Source: Planctomycetota bacterium (GTDB taxonomy: Bacteria > Planctomycetota > UBA1135 > UBA2386). From it: 64,000 nucleotides of DNA. Both the position numbers and the translations under genes were made by a program. The notes beneath the pieces are model-generated. The model searched no databases. It was not told the origin of the DNA and worked only from the letters and a program-made list of their open reading frames with translations. The stretch spans positions 4,160,001-4,224,000 of the forward strand of contig OZ245006.1 in assembly GCA_965223545.1 (NCBI GenBank). Direction: 5' to 3'. Numbering within the stretch: the first letter of the stretch is position 1; the number at the start of each line of letters is the position of its first letter. This document shows, in pieces, positions 18,624 to 28,821 of this stretch.

Positions 18624-19588
18624 TCCATGTCCTCGGTCGTGTCGCGCTCGTAGTTGGAGATCTGCAAACCGATGGTGACGCCCTTGTCGCTACCTGCGGA
18701 GCGAGCGAACGCGGTCCAGCCGTGAGCTTCGGCGATCGAATGGACGATCGCCAGACCCAGCCCTGTGCCCTTGCGGCTGCGCCTCGGGTCGTCGTCCTCG
18801 ATCCGGTAGAAGCGGTCGAAGATCTTGCGGCGCTCACCCAGGGGCAAGCCGATGCCGCGGTCGCTCACCAACAGGTGCAGCGACCCCGGCGCGACCTCCT
18901 CCAGGCTGAGGCGAATCCGGCAGCGGTCTTCGGGCGAGTACTTGACCGCATTGTCGACCAGGTTGTCGAGCAGCTGCCGGAGCAGGGCCCGGTCGATGTC
19001 GACGATGAACTCGTTGCCCGGCTCGACCTCGATTGTGCGCCGCAGGCCGGCGCGTTCGAACGTAGCCTGGCTGCGCTCGGTATAGGTCACCAAGAACGCG
19101 CGCAGCGGCACGGCCTCCGTGCGGCAGGTCATGCTCTGCTGGTCGATCTGCGCCGCCCGCAAGACGTTGCCAATCAGGGCGGAGAGTCGGTCCACGTCCT
19201 CCATCAGCGCCGCCAAGAACTTCTGCCGGTGGGTATCGCTGACGCCGGGGCGCGACAGCGTTTGCGCCTGGAGCTTGATGGACTGCAGCGGCGAGTTGAG
19301 CTCGTGCGAGACGCTGGCCAAGAAGTTCTGCTGCCGTCTGCCCCAGCGGATCTCGGCGAACATCTGCGCCGCAAAGATCGACACCAACACGATGATCGCC
19401 AGGAACAACGTGCTGCCCACCGCGATGAAGGTCGTGTGGAACGGCCCTGACGTGTCGCTGGCGGCGAGCTCTTCGATGCGGCGGTAGTCGTGTACCAGCA
19501 CGACGTTCCACAGCACGGTCAGCGTGATGGTCAGAACCAGGACGACGACGAAGATGACGACCGGACCCTTGATCGAACGCCTGGCCAT
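18620..19588 (-). CDS. Sensor histidine kinase
   Basis: Two TM helices, SHELNSPL H-box, NLVDNAVKY, DRGIG and GTGLGL. Confidence 0.93.
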   Translation of the reverse strand: MARRSIKGPVVIFVVVLVLTITLTVLWNVVLVHDYRRIEELAASDTSGPFHTTFIAVGSTLFLAIIVLVSIFAAQMFAEIRWGRRQQNFLASVSHELNSPLQSIKLQAQTLSRPGVSDTHRQKFLAALMEDVDRLSALIGNVLRAAQIDQQSMTCRTEAVPLRAFLVTYTERSQATFERAGLRRTIEVEPGNEFIVDIDRALLRQLLDNLVDNAVKYSPEDRCRIRLSLEEVAPGSLHLLVSDRGIGLPLGERRKIFDRFYRIEDDDPRRSRKGTGLGLAIVHSIAEAHGWTAFARSAGSDKGVTIGLQISNYERDTTEDMD

Positions 19589-19702
19589 GGTGCGGACATT
19601 GTGCCTTGTTGGGCGTGGTCGGAGCAGCGACTCCGGGGATTCCTCAAGGTCCCCTTCGTGCCGACCCGACAGGGTGATTGGCTCTCTTTGCCAGGCGTTG
19701 CC

Positions 19703-20839
19703 ATGAAGCTCATCACCGAACAGGCCGGTCCGGTCCACGTCACGGCCACGGCGAGGCTCTGCGTCGACGCGGTCGGCGGCCTGCACGCCTGCGCCACGGC
19801 GGCGACGGCGTGGGGCGAGGTCATTGGCTATCTCGTCACCTACGGCGCGCCCGAGGGATTCCAGGCTCGGCTGAACAGCACCTTGATCGAGCTGGACAAC
19901 GCTCTGCGTCCGCTGCGGACGCTCGCGGGCCAACCCGAAACGGATGGTCCCGGCGCGGTGACTGAGGACTCGGAGAGCGCAACGGCCGGCCCGCAGGACG
20001 CGGTCGAGGCGACCGAAGCGCCCGCCGGCGACCTCCCGACGCCACCCTCTCCCGAGCCACCACCTCCGGTGGTCGCCGTCGCGTCCAGTCCGATGCCAAC
20101 CGCTCCGGTGGGGGCGCCGCCGATGGCCCCCCCCGTGGTCCACAGGCTGCCCGAGGTCGATGACGATGGCTGCCGGTGCGTGCTCAGCGCGACCGGCCCC
20201 GGTTTCTCGATCTCCGGTTTGATCGAGTTCCTCGGCCGCAGTGGCAAATCGGGCACGCTGCGCATGGCGACCGGCGGGGATGTCTTCACCCTGCGTCTCG
20301 TCGATGGCCAGCTGGTGCATGCGGAGTGCGAGCAGCGGCCGCCGAACGAGCGCCTGGGCGAGATTCTCGTCAGCCGCGGCGCCATGGATTCCACCCGGCT
20401 CCATCGCCTCCTCGAGCTCTGCTCCAGCGGTTGGGACGACGATCGCGTGCGGTTGGGCGAGCTGCTGGCGCGCGAGAACCTGATTTCCGAGACGGAGCTG
20501 TGCGACGCGCTCAGCGAGCAGGTGCGGCGGCTGTTCGCCCGCTTGTTCGCCGGCGAGGGGCACTGGTTCGGGTTCTACGAAGGACTGCCTTCGTACCCGC
20601 GCCTGCACGTCCAGCTGCGGCTGATGGAGCTGCTGCTGGACAGCTCGCGCGTCTACGACGAGAGCCTGCGCACGGGGCCGCCGCCCGGCGACGACGCTGC
20701 CGCCGATGACACTGCCGGCGGCGATGCGGCGGACGCGGCCAGGGCTGACGACGTCCCGACCGACGACCCCGTCGCCGCCGCGTTGGCGGAGGCGTCCGAT
20801 CTGCGCCGCTCGCGCGGTCTCGCCAGCCTCTGGGATTGA
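19703..20839 (+). CDS. DUF4388 domain protein with PilB/MshEN-like RLGE motifs
   Basis: LIEFLGRSGKSGTLR..F.L.DGQLVHA, RLGEILVSRG, RLGELLARENLIS and LMELLLDSSRVYDE. Confidence 0.75.
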   Translation: MKLITEQAGPVHVTATARLCVDAVGGLHACATAATAWGEVIGYLVTYGAPEGFQARLNSTLIELDNALRPLRTLAGQPETDGPGAVTEDSESATAGPQDAVEATEAPAGDLPTPPSPEPPPPVVAVASSPMPTAPVGAPPMAPPVVHRLPEVDDDGCRCVLSATGPGFSISGLIEFLGRSGKSGTLRMATGGDVFTLRLVDGQLVHAECEQRPPNERLGEILVSRGAMDSTRLHRLLELCSSGWDDDRVRLGELLARENLISETELCDALSEQVRRLFARLFAGEGHWFGFYEGLPSYPRLHVQLRLMELLLDSSRVYDESLRTGPPPGDDAAADDTAGGDAADAARADDVPTDDPVAAALAEASDLRRSRGLASLWD

Positions 20840-20858
20840 ACGAGGACCGGAACCGACC

Positions 20859-21410
20859 TCACGCCGGTGCCGGTCCAACCAGCTCGTCGAACCGAGGATC
20901 GCCGCGCAGCGCGTCGAGATCGCGCTCCTCGGCAGCGTGACGGCGGAACTCCTCGCTCATCCCGCAGGCGAGCGTCACCTCGTCGATCGCGCGCTCGGTA
21001 TCGCCGAGCAGCGCGAGATAGCAGGCCAAGTTGTAATGACCGATCGCCGATCGCCGCGACCGGCCGATCAGGCGCTGCATGCACTGGACTGCACCGTCGA
21101 TGCGGTCGATGCGCTTGAGGCACCAGGCTTCGGTCAGATCGAGCCAGTCGGGATCCTGATCGAAAGGGCGCAGCTCCTCGATCGCCGCCAGTGCTTCGTG
21201 ATAGCGATGCGAGTCGACCAATGCGCGAGTCTTGAAGTAGAGCCCGACCTGTCGCGCTCCGGGCTTGGCCAGCAGCGGTGGGATCCGCTCGAGCGCGGCT
21301 TGCGGGTCCCCGAGCTCGAGCCAGCCCTCGATCTCCAGTGCCAGTCGGCGGAGTGATTTGCGCACCGGCAGCTTCACCGCCGCATTTTCGTCGTCGGCTG
21401 CGGAGTGCAC
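20859..21410 (-). CDS. TPR protein
   Basis: EGWLELG, AWCLKR, YNLACYLALLG and DLDALR.DPRF. Confidence 0.8.
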   Translation of the reverse strand: MHSAADDENAAVKLPVRKSLRRLALEIEGWLELGDPQAALERIPPLLAKPGARQVGLYFKTRALVDSHRYHEALAAIEELRPFDQDPDWLDLTEAWCLKRIDRIDGAVQCMQRLIGRSRRSAIGHYNLACYLALLGDTERAIDEVTLACGMSEEFRRHAAEERDLDALRGDPRFDELVGPAPA

Positions 21411-21431
21411 AAGGTGCCCCCGCGCTTGCGC

Positions 21432-22511
21432 TCAGCGCGTCTCGTGACCGCGCGCGCTGACCGGCACGATGTCGATCAGCGCATCGTCTTCGACCAGGAC
21501 CGCTTCGTCGGCGAGGTTGACGGTCGGGCAGACGTGCAGCGGCGCCAGCTGAATGAGGGTGCCGGGCGCCGGCGCGGGCTCGGCGTCGACGTGCAGCGGC
21601 AAATGCTCTTCGCTCGGTGTTTGCGGCGTCAACGAGGGCCAGCCCTCGACCTCTGCACACGGGTCGCCGGCAGCGGCGTCGATCGCCTTGGAGCCGGCGT
21701 CGCAGGTGACGCGGTCGCCACCGGTGCTGCTCACCACCCGGCTCAGCACGTGCACCGCCCGCGCAAACCCGTCCACGCCCAGCTGTTCGGTGCGCAGATC
21801 GGAGTAGACGATCGTGCCGGGACTGACGCGGTGCGAAAGACCCGAGAAGCCATCGAAGGCGAGCGCCTGACGGTAGGTGGGTGTTCCGCTGGTGATGATC
21901 TCCCGAGGTTCGAGCTCGAGCTCCGCGAGGACCCGCAGCAGCTCTCCGTAGATGCGCCCGCAGTGCGCGGCGCGGTCTTCGGGTGTCTCTTCCAGGACAT
22001 GGCCGTCGTAGAAGTGCACGCCTGCCAGCGCACCCTCGCAGACCCCCAGCGTCTGCCGCAGCCGGTCGCGCTCCGCGAGCGGAATGCCGGTCCGGTGATA
22101 GCCGGGGTCGAGATCGACGAACAGGCCGACCCGCGGCGCCGCGTGCCTGACTTCTTGTGCGTGTCCCGACTCTTCGGTGAGCACCGAGAGCCGGTGCTGG
22201 GGATGCTCCTTGGCGAGCGCGGCGATGCGCCGCAGATTGGCGCCGCGATGGGCGTAGGCAACGAGCAGGTCGACCGGAGCTTCGGCCCGCGCCAGCAGCA
22301 CGGCGGCCTCGCGGGTCGTGGCGCACTTGAAGTGGCGCACGCCGGCCTGCAGCAGGAGGTCCATGACCTGCCCGACCTTGCTGGTCTTGATGTGGGGGCG
22401 CCAGCGATCGATGCCCGCGTCGGCGATGGCGCGGGCGATGTTGGCTCGCACGCGGTCGAGGCGGATCAGCAGGGCCGGCGTCTGCAGGTTGTCGAACGCG
22501 GTCGGGTCCAA
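21432..22511 (-). CDS. DSD1 / D-threonine aldolase family PLP-dependent enzyme (alanine racemase fold)
   Basis: TPALLI, RPHIKT(S)K, HRTG, HFYDGH, GTPT, DAGSK, SEEH and P.HVCPTVNL. Confidence 0.9.
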   Translation of the reverse strand: MDPTAFDNLQTPALLIRLDRVRANIARAIADAGIDRWRPHIKTSKVGQVMDLLLQAGVRHFKCATTREAAVLLARAEAPVDLLVAYAHRGANLRRIAALAKEHPQHRLSVLTEESGHAQEVRHAAPRVGLFVDLDPGYHRTGIPLAERDRLRQTLGVCEGALAGVHFYDGHVLEETPEDRAAHCGRIYGELLRVLAELELEPREIITSGTPTYRQALAFDGFSGLSHRVSPGTIVYSDLRTEQLGVDGFARAVHVLSRVVSSTGGDRVTCDAGSKAIDAAAGDPCAEVEGWPSLTPQTPSEEHLPLHVDAEPAPAPGTLIQLAPLHVCPTVNLADEAVLVEDDALIDIVPVSARGHETR

Positions 22512-22534
22512 GGCAGCCGTCCCGCGTATTCCGG

Positions 22535-24718
22535 TCAGAGCAGGCGCTCGATGGCGTCGATGCGCACCGTGAAGCTGCCGTGCTCGGACGGCAGCTCGGC
22601 AGTGTCACCGATGATCTTGCCGAGCAGCGGCTGGGCTGCCGGCGCGAGGTAGTTGACGGTGTCTTCGTCGACGCAGTCCCATGGCCCGAGGACGCGGACC
22701 GTGCGGCTCTGGCCAGTGCCGGTGTCGGTGTAGGTCACGGCCGTGCCAGGGGCGACCACATCGGACGGCACGGCGACGTCCTCGATCAGCTTGGCCTTGC
22801 GCAGATCGGCGTCCATCATCGATGCCCGGCCAGTGAGGTTGCGCTGCTCCTCCATCGCGGCCTCCCACTCGCTGTTCTCGCTGAGGTCGCCGAGCTCGGC
22901 GGCCGCGCCGATCGCCTTGGCATTCGCCGGGATCAGCTCTTGCGTCAGCTTGTGGTACTCCTCGCGCTTGGCCTCGAGGCCGGCGCGCGTGACGTAGATG
23001 GCGTCCTCTTGCCAGTACGGCTTGTCCGGCTTCGCGGTCAGATCCGGGAAGCGCTTGGCCACCGCGCGCAGTACCGCGTCGTTGATGTCGGTGGGGAAGT
23101 CGGGCCCACCGCGCTCGCAGATGCCGAGGAAGGTCGACATGTCCTCGCGCGTGACGTCCTCGAGGATTCCCTGCAAGAAGCGTCGCCGGCCGGTGAGCAG
23201 GCTCGACACGCGGGTCAGCAGCCGCGCGGTTTGCTGTTCGCTGCGCGGGCGGTTGGCCAGCACTCGGGCGAGATGGAGCAAGACCCGCGCGACGGCGACC
23301 GGCTGGGGCGCATCGGGCTCTTCGGCGAAGTGTCCGTCGGCGAACGCGCGACCCAAGAGATAGGTCATGACCGGGTGGCGGCCCGGATACGGCGCCACCG
23401 ACGGCCACTGGCTCACCAGCTGACCGCCCTGGCCGCGGTCGACCAGCAGCTGGATCACCGGCTCGACGACGCTCACCGGCAGGCGGGTGGCGCGATCCGC
23501 GCAGAGCGGGGCCCAGTCTTCACCGAGCGCATCGGGCAGGATCCGCACCGCGTGCAGGCGCGCGTCCTGCGTGTGCAAGAGGTCGAAGTGGCTCGGCTCG
23601 AACGGGTCGTCGCCGTTGGCCAGCATCGCCCGCAGCTCGTCCGTCGCCGACGTCGTCGGGTGCGGTCGGTTGTGCTCCTCGAGCAGCAGGATGCCGTCGA
23701 GGAGATGTGCGTGGCTGCTGGTGCTGGACTGCGCCGCGGCGGCCAGGCGGTTGGCCGCCAGGTCGAGGATCGCGTCGCGGCTGCCCTGGTCCGAGGTGCG
23801 CTCCAACGACTCGCGCAGCAGACCGATCTCCTGGCCTAGATCGTCGCAATGGCGCAGCTTGCGCTCGACCTCGTCGGCCAGTGACAGCGGCCGCTTGCGC
23901 AGCTCGAACACCGGTCGGGTGGTGCTCCCCTCGACCTGCAGATACGGATCGACTGCCGCGGCGGCCTTGGCCTTCTTCCAGAAGGAGGCCCACTTCTTGG
24001 TCGGCACGATCGCCGGCGACAGCGATTGCTTGACCTCGGTGCTGGTCACCCGGCCGCGGTAGATCTTCGCGCATTTGCGAATCAAGATGGACGGCTCGTC
24101 GGCGACGAGCCGTTGCAGCTCGTCCATCTGCGTCAGCGCCATCGCGCGCAAGTCGTCTTCCGCCAGCGGGGTCATGCTGTCGAACGCCGTGGTCAGCGGT
24201 ACCTCGTGCGTGCGCCCCGAGGCGAAGCGAATGGTCAGCTCGCGCTGGTTGGGGTCGAAGGCTTCGATCAGTCCTTCACCCCAGCCGCCGCGGTGGTAGA
24301 CGACGTGGCCCTTGGTGTAGCGGCGCATCTTGTCGAACTGCTCGAGTGCCTCGCCAGTGACCGAGTCGCCGGCAACGCCCGAGAGCTCGGCCACCATCCC
24401 GTACCACGCCTCGTCGCCGAAGCGCTGCTGGATCAGCTCGAGGAGGCGTTGCGCGAACTTGTCGTTGTGTGCATCACGCCGCACCAACGCCATGCCGACG
24501 TCGATGGCAGCCTCGACGCGCTCGGAGCCGGCGAGCGATTCGGTCAGGCTCTCGGCCAAGGTCAGCGCGCGGCTGGCGTGGTCACGGTCGCACAGAGCGT
24601 TCAGTGCGCGACAGAACGGGGTAATCTCGGCAGGGTCGGTGGCGGCTTCGCTCCAGGCCAAGTCCAGCTCATCGAGCCGGTCCTCCTGCGCGAGTTCGAC
24701 GAGGCTGGTCTGCGTCAA
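22535..24718 (-). CDS. Long GreA-family transcription elongation factor with a large N-terminal extension
   Basis: C-terminal AAELGDLSENSEWEAA and ILGPWD-like / YLAPAAQPLLGK Gre domain; TTG start inferred. Confidence 0.85.
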   Translation of the reverse strand: MTQTSLVELAQEDRLDELDLAWSEAATDPAEITPFCRALNALCDRDHASRALTLAESLTESLAGSERVEAAIDVGMALVRRDAHNDKFAQRLLELIQQRFGDEAWYGMVAELSGVAGDSVTGEALEQFDKMRRYTKGHVVYHRGGWGEGLIEAFDPNQRELTIRFASGRTHEVPLTTAFDSMTPLAEDDLRAMALTQMDELQRLVADEPSILIRKCAKIYRGRVTSTEVKQSLSPAIVPTKKWASFWKKAKAAAAVDPYLQVEGSTTRPVFELRKRPLSLADEVERKLRHCDDLGQEIGLLRESLERTSDQGSRDAILDLAANRLAAAAQSSTSSHAHLLDGILLLEEHNRPHPTTSATDELRAMLANGDDPFEPSHFDLLHTQDARLHAVRILPDALGEDWAPLCADRATRLPVSVVEPVIQLLVDRGQGGQLVSQWPSVAPYPGRHPVMTYLLGRAFADGHFAEEPDAPQPVAVARVLLHLARVLANRPRSEQQTARLLTRVSSLLTGRRRFLQGILEDVTREDMSTFLGICERGGPDFPTDINDAVLRAVAKRFPDLTAKPDKPYWQEDAIYVTRAGLEAKREEYHKLTQELIPANAKAIGAAAELGDLSENSEWEAAMEEQRNLTGRASMMDADLRKAKLIEDVAVPSDVVAPGTAVTYTDTGTGQSRTVRVLGPWDCVDEDTVNYLAPAAQPLLGKIIGDTAELPSEHGSFTVRIDAIERLL

Positions 24719-24892
24719 GGCGAATCGAGTTTCACGACGAGGGCGGATATCGGGCGGAAGAACATAGCCACCCGGACAGTCGCGGCCAACCCGCGAGCGC
24801 CGATCCTTGCCCGGCCGGGCGCATTTTGTGCCCCATGCTCCGCCGCGCGGCACCGGGGCGGGCCAACCCGCGGCCGGATATTGGGTGCCCGA

Positions 24893-25474
24893 TCAGTCCG
24901 TCAGCCGGCCGACCAACGTGTCCAGGTCGTTGGTCGTGCACGACTCGTCGTAGACCGCGAGGGGCACGTCGTCGATGATCTCTTCCGGGGCGACGAAGAT
25001 GACGTAGAACTCGGGTCCCAGCCGGCGCCGGAACGCGGCGATCTTGCTGAGGGTCAGGCCCTGGGTCTCGCTGGCGGCCTCGATGACCACGGTCTTGCCC
25101 TCCCGGCCGCGGCCGCGGAGGACCACCATCGGGGCGTATGCCGCGACCTTGCCGTCGTCCAGCTCGACCTCGAAGTGCCGGGGCGAGTGGCTATGGGTAA
25201 TCCCCGCCCTGGAAAGCTTGTCACACAGCGATTGCTCGATCTTCGAGCTCAGGACCCGGCCACCACAGCGGCCATAGCCGACGCCGCGGACGGTGCCGCC
25301 GCTCATCAAGACGTCGTCTTCGTCGTAGTCCAGCGTCGCCCGCGGGACCGAGGGAGCTTCCACGGCGGCTTTGGCGCGCGAGCGCGTGGAGCGCCGCGAA
25401 CGCGCCTTGACGGCCGACGCGCCGGCCGGCGTGGATGTGGAACGAGCCTTTTTGGTGACTGCTTTTCGAGCCAT
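24893..25474 (-). CDS. Hypothetical protein with a degenerate PD-(D/E)xK nuclease-like fold and a basic N-terminus
   Basis: SKIEQSLCDKLSRAGI...P.HF.......YAPM....VVIEAA. Confidence 0.55.
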   Translation of the reverse strand: MARKAVTKKARSTSTPAGASAVKARSRRSTRSRAKAAVEAPSVPRATLDYDEDDVLMSGGTVRGVGYGRCGGRVLSSKIEQSLCDKLSRAGITHSHSPRHFEVELDDGKVAAYAPMVVLRGRGREGKTVVIEAASETQGLTLSKIAAFRRRLGPEFYVIFVAPEEIIDDVPLAVYDESCTTNDLDTLVGRLTD

Positions 25475-25739
25475 CGCAATCCTCCCGACCTAACGAGGAG
25501 CGAACCGCGGAAATGCGGATCGAGACCGATGTTTGTTTCCGCCCGGGTGCGAGTAGTGGGGAACGGCCGGTCACCCTAACGCAGCCCTTCGGGGAGCGAA
25601 AGTGGGGGGGTTCCCCGTCGGACGCGCCGCCGGGCGAGACGCCGCGCCGGGGAGCCGCACCCGCCGCGCCGAGATCGTCGTAAGTCATTGCTGCGAACAC
25701 CACAAACTGTTTCGGTTGACGGTTTGCCCCGGCTCGGCC

Positions 25740-26296
25740 ATGGTCGGCGGTCGGTGATGCGGTCGCCCCTGGGTCTGTTTGCCGTCGCGGTCTTTGCAGT
25801 GTTGGCCACCGGTCTCGCCATGCGGCTCTGGCCGTGGACGCCCGAGCGGGCGTTGCGCGCGATCCTCGACGGCGATCTCGATCGAGCGGGGCGGCAACGC
25901 GCGCTCGAAGCGGTGCTCGGCGCGGTCGCCGGGGCCGCCGATGCCAGTCCCCAGCGCCGGATCCAGGCCGGGATGGCCGCGCTCGAGCTGCAGCGGCGCG
26001 CCGACTTCGACGCTGTGCTCGGCGCCGGTGCCGCCCCGGGCGAGGTGCCGGCCGCGGTCCGCGACGCCGGTGCCGCGCTCGCCGCCGCGGCTCCTGCCGG
26101 TCAGTCGGCGCTCGACGAGCTGGCCCTGGGCGTGCCCTACCTCGAAGACCTGTTGCGCGCTTGGTTGTTGCTGCGGGACGGGCGTGCCGACCGGGCGATC
26201 GACGCCCTCGAGCGCGGCCGTCGCTCCGCGCAGTTGTACGAGGCGCAGGAAGTCGTCGCGCTGATCGACGAGCAGCTGCAAGCGCGGCGGGAGTGA
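25740..26296 (+). CDS. Hypothetical membrane-anchored protein
   Basis: N-terminal TM helix and helical body; start uncertain (25688-25757). Confidence 0.5.
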
Positions 26297-26311
26297 GCGC
26301 GCGGGCGGCGG

Positions 26312-27871
26312 TCAGCCGGGACCGGCCGGCTGGGCCCGCCGCCGGAGTCGGTTGCCGACCGCCAACCGAACCTTGCGGCGGAGGTCGACGAGATAGGTCT
26401 CCAACTTGCGGGTCTCGCGGCCGCGCGCGGCGTTCCAGAGCAGCACGGGGACGCGCCACGGCCGGCGGGCGAAGGAGGCACCGTAGAAGTTGGCGAGGAT
26501 GCGGTACTTGAACAGCGTCAGCTGCCGCGCGGTGAGTGCCGTGCAGTAGTTGTTGGCCGGCAGCAGCCGTTCTTCGTTGGCGAAGATCGGCGTCATCAAG
26601 AAGTCGTCATCGAGCGCGATGCGCCCGCTGTCGCGGAGCTCGTGGTACAGCTGCGTGTTGGGGATCGGAAAGAAGAAGCCGACCGCGACGTCGTCGATGC
26701 CGGCCAGCGCCAACCGCCGCGCCAGGGCGGCGGTCTGCTGCAAGTCGTCGGCGGTGTCGTGCGGGAAGCCGATGACGATGAAGGCGGTGACGTTGAGCTT
26801 GTGGCGCACGGAGGCGCGCACTGCGTTCATCAACGACTCGGTCTTCATCTGTTTGCGGATCAACTTGCGGGTGCGCTCGCTGCCACTCTCCGGGGCCAGC
26901 GCCAGCGAGCGGCCGCCGGTGCGCGACAGCAGAGCCGCGACCTCGTCGTCGATGACTTCGCAGCGCGTGCCGGACGGAAACTGCCAGGTGATTCCCAGGG
27001 CGCGCCGCTCGAGCTCGCGGCAGAACGCCAGGATCCAGTCGCGCTTGAGGATCGCGGTCAAGTCCTGAAACGGGAAGTTGGTCGCGCCGTACGTGTCGTG
27101 GTAGTGCTGGATCTCGTCGACGACGTCGATGGGATCGCGCGGATACCACCGCGTGGTCCACATGCTCGGCGAGGAGCAGTACGTGCACTGGTAGGGGCAG
27201 CCTCGGGTCGCCAAGATCGGGATGGTCTTGCCGGCCTTGATGCCGTTGACGTAGTCGTGCGCGTTGTAGGTGTCGATGTCGAGCAGGTCCCAAGCGGGCC
27301 AGGCAATCGCGTCGACGTCGCGCCGGCGTGCGCGCGGCTTGCTGCTGCGCACCGGCTCGCCGTTGGCGTCGCGATAGACGATGCCGTCGACGGTGGCCAA
27401 ATCGGTGCCCTTCGCCAGCGCGTCCAGGAGCTCGACCGCGCCCTCTTCGCCCTCGCCCAGCACGATGCAGTCGATGGGGGCCTGCTGCATGGAGTGTTCG
27501 GGCAGGCCGGTGAAGTGCTCGCCCCCCGCGATCAGGATCGCCCCGGGACGCGCCGCTTTGATCTGGCGGATGATGTCGCGCACCAGGGGCCACGAGAAGG
27601 ACCACATGTTGGTGATGCCGATCACGTCGACGTCCGGTCGCAGTCGCTCGACGATCTGCTCGGTGCGCAGCCCCAGCGCGTAGAGCTGGGTGTTGCTGCG
27701 GCGGGTGACCTGTTCCGGCGCGGCGGCGACCGCGTCCAGAACGTCGACCTCGTGCCCCGCCTCGCGCAGCGCCGCCGCGACGTAGGCCAGACCGAGCGGC
27801 AGGCTCGGCCTCAGCGCGGTCATCGCGTGGACGTTGAGGTAGACCGGCGGATGGATCAGCTGGACCAGCAT
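26312..27871 (-). CDS. Cobalamin-binding radical SAM protein
   Basis: PLGLAYVAA, GGEH, GEGE and RGCPYQCTYC (CxxxCxxC). Confidence 0.93.
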   Translation of the reverse strand: MLVQLIHPPVYLNVHAMTALRPSLPLGLAYVAAALREAGHEVDVLDAVAAAPEQVTRRSNTQLYALGLRTEQIVERLRPDVDVIGITNMWSFSWPLVRDIIRQIKAARPGAILIAGGEHFTGLPEHSMQQAPIDCIVLGEGEEGAVELLDALAKGTDLATVDGIVYRDANGEPVRSSKPRARRRDVDAIAWPAWDLLDIDTYNAHDYVNGIKAGKTIPILATRGCPYQCTYCSSPSMWTTRWYPRDPIDVVDEIQHYHDTYGATNFPFQDLTAILKRDWILAFCRELERRALGITWQFPSGTRCEVIDDEVAALLSRTGGRSLALAPESGSERTRKLIRKQMKTESLMNAVRASVRHKLNVTAFIVIGFPHDTADDLQQTAALARRLALAGIDDVAVGFFFPIPNTQLYHELRDSGRIALDDDFLMTPIFANEERLLPANNYCTALTARQLTLFKYRILANFYGASFARRPWRVPVLLWNAARGRETRKLETYLVDLRRKVRLAVGNRLRRRAQPAGPG

Positions 27872-28032
27872 GCGAGTCGGGGGAGGGGCGGCCCCGGGGA
27901 TGGCGATCCGAGCATAGCGGCGGGCGGTGCGCGCAGCGGAGGCAAACGTCGCCGGCGTGGCGCGGTCCCCTGCGGGCCATGGCGCCGGCGGTTCGGGCGG
28001 CTTCCAGCGCCCCGCCGGCGGACCGCGCGGCG

Positions 28033-28821
28033 TCAGTCCAGCTCGAGGCCGCGTTCTTCTTCTTCCGTGATTCCCTCGCCGAAGCTCTGGCCCAAGTAGA
28101 CGCGCCGCACGTCTTCGTTGGCGATCACTTGTTGTGGCGAACCCTCGGCGATCACTTGACCCTGTGCCAGGATGTACGCGCGGTCGGAGATGCGCAGCGT
28201 CTCGGCGACGGCGTGGTCGGTGATCAGAATCGCGATCCCGCGCAGCGACAGGTCGCGCAGGATCTTCTGGATCTCCTCGACGGTGATCGGATCGATGCCG
28301 GCGAACGGCTCGTCCAACAAGAGCAGGCTCGGTTGGGTCGCCAATGCACGGCTGATCTCCAGCCGGCGGCGCTCGCCGCCGGACAGCGTCGCGCCCATCG
28401 ACGTGCGCAGGTGCGTCAGCTGCAGCTCCTCGAGCAGCGCCTCGGCGCGCGCCAGCCGCTCGGCGCGCGGCACGCGGCGTGCCTCGAGGACGGCGAGCAC
28501 GTTGTCGAGCACGCTCATGTTGCGGAACACCGAGGCCTCTTGGCTCAGGTAGCCCATGCCCCGGCGCGCGCGCCGATACATCGGCATGCGCGTGACGTTC
28601 TTCAGGGCGCGGTCGGCGGCGCCAAACATCACCTGGCCGGCGTCCGGGGTGATCATGCCGACCACCATGCGGAACGACGTCGTCTTGCCGGCCCCGTTCG
28701 GGCCGAGCAAGCCGACGATCTCACCACGACAGACGCTGAGACTGACGTCGTCGACCACCCGCCGGCGCCGATAGGTCTTGGTCAGTCCTTCGGCGCGAAG
28801 GATCTCGACCGCGGCGCTCAT
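28033..28821 (-). CDS. lptB: LPS export ABC transporter ATP-binding protein
   Basis: GPNGAGKTT, RARRGMGYLSQEASVFR, LSGGERRRLEI, LLDEPFAGIDP and ITDH. Confidence 0.93.
   Translation of the reverse strand: MSAAVEILRAEGLTKTYRRRRVVDDVSLSVCRGEIVGLLGPNGAGKTTSFRMVVGMITPDAGQVMFGAADRALKNVTRMPMYRRARRGMGYLSQEASVFRNMSVLDNVLAVLEARRVPRAERLARAEALLEELQLTHLRTSMGATLSGGERRRLEISRALATQPSLLLLDEPFAGIDPITVEEIQKILRDLSLRGIAILITDHAVAETLRISDRAYILAQGQVIAEGSPQQVIANEDVRRVYLGQSFGEGITEEEERGLELD

Noticed and set aside
16930..18837. Apparent 635-aa desaturase fusion
   Set aside because: The N-terminal 346 aa are an off-frame read through the response regulator; the desaturase starts near 17799.
18620..20878. Apparent 752-aa histidine kinase
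   Set aside because: The extension is antisense to the DUF4388 gene; the kinase starts at 19588.
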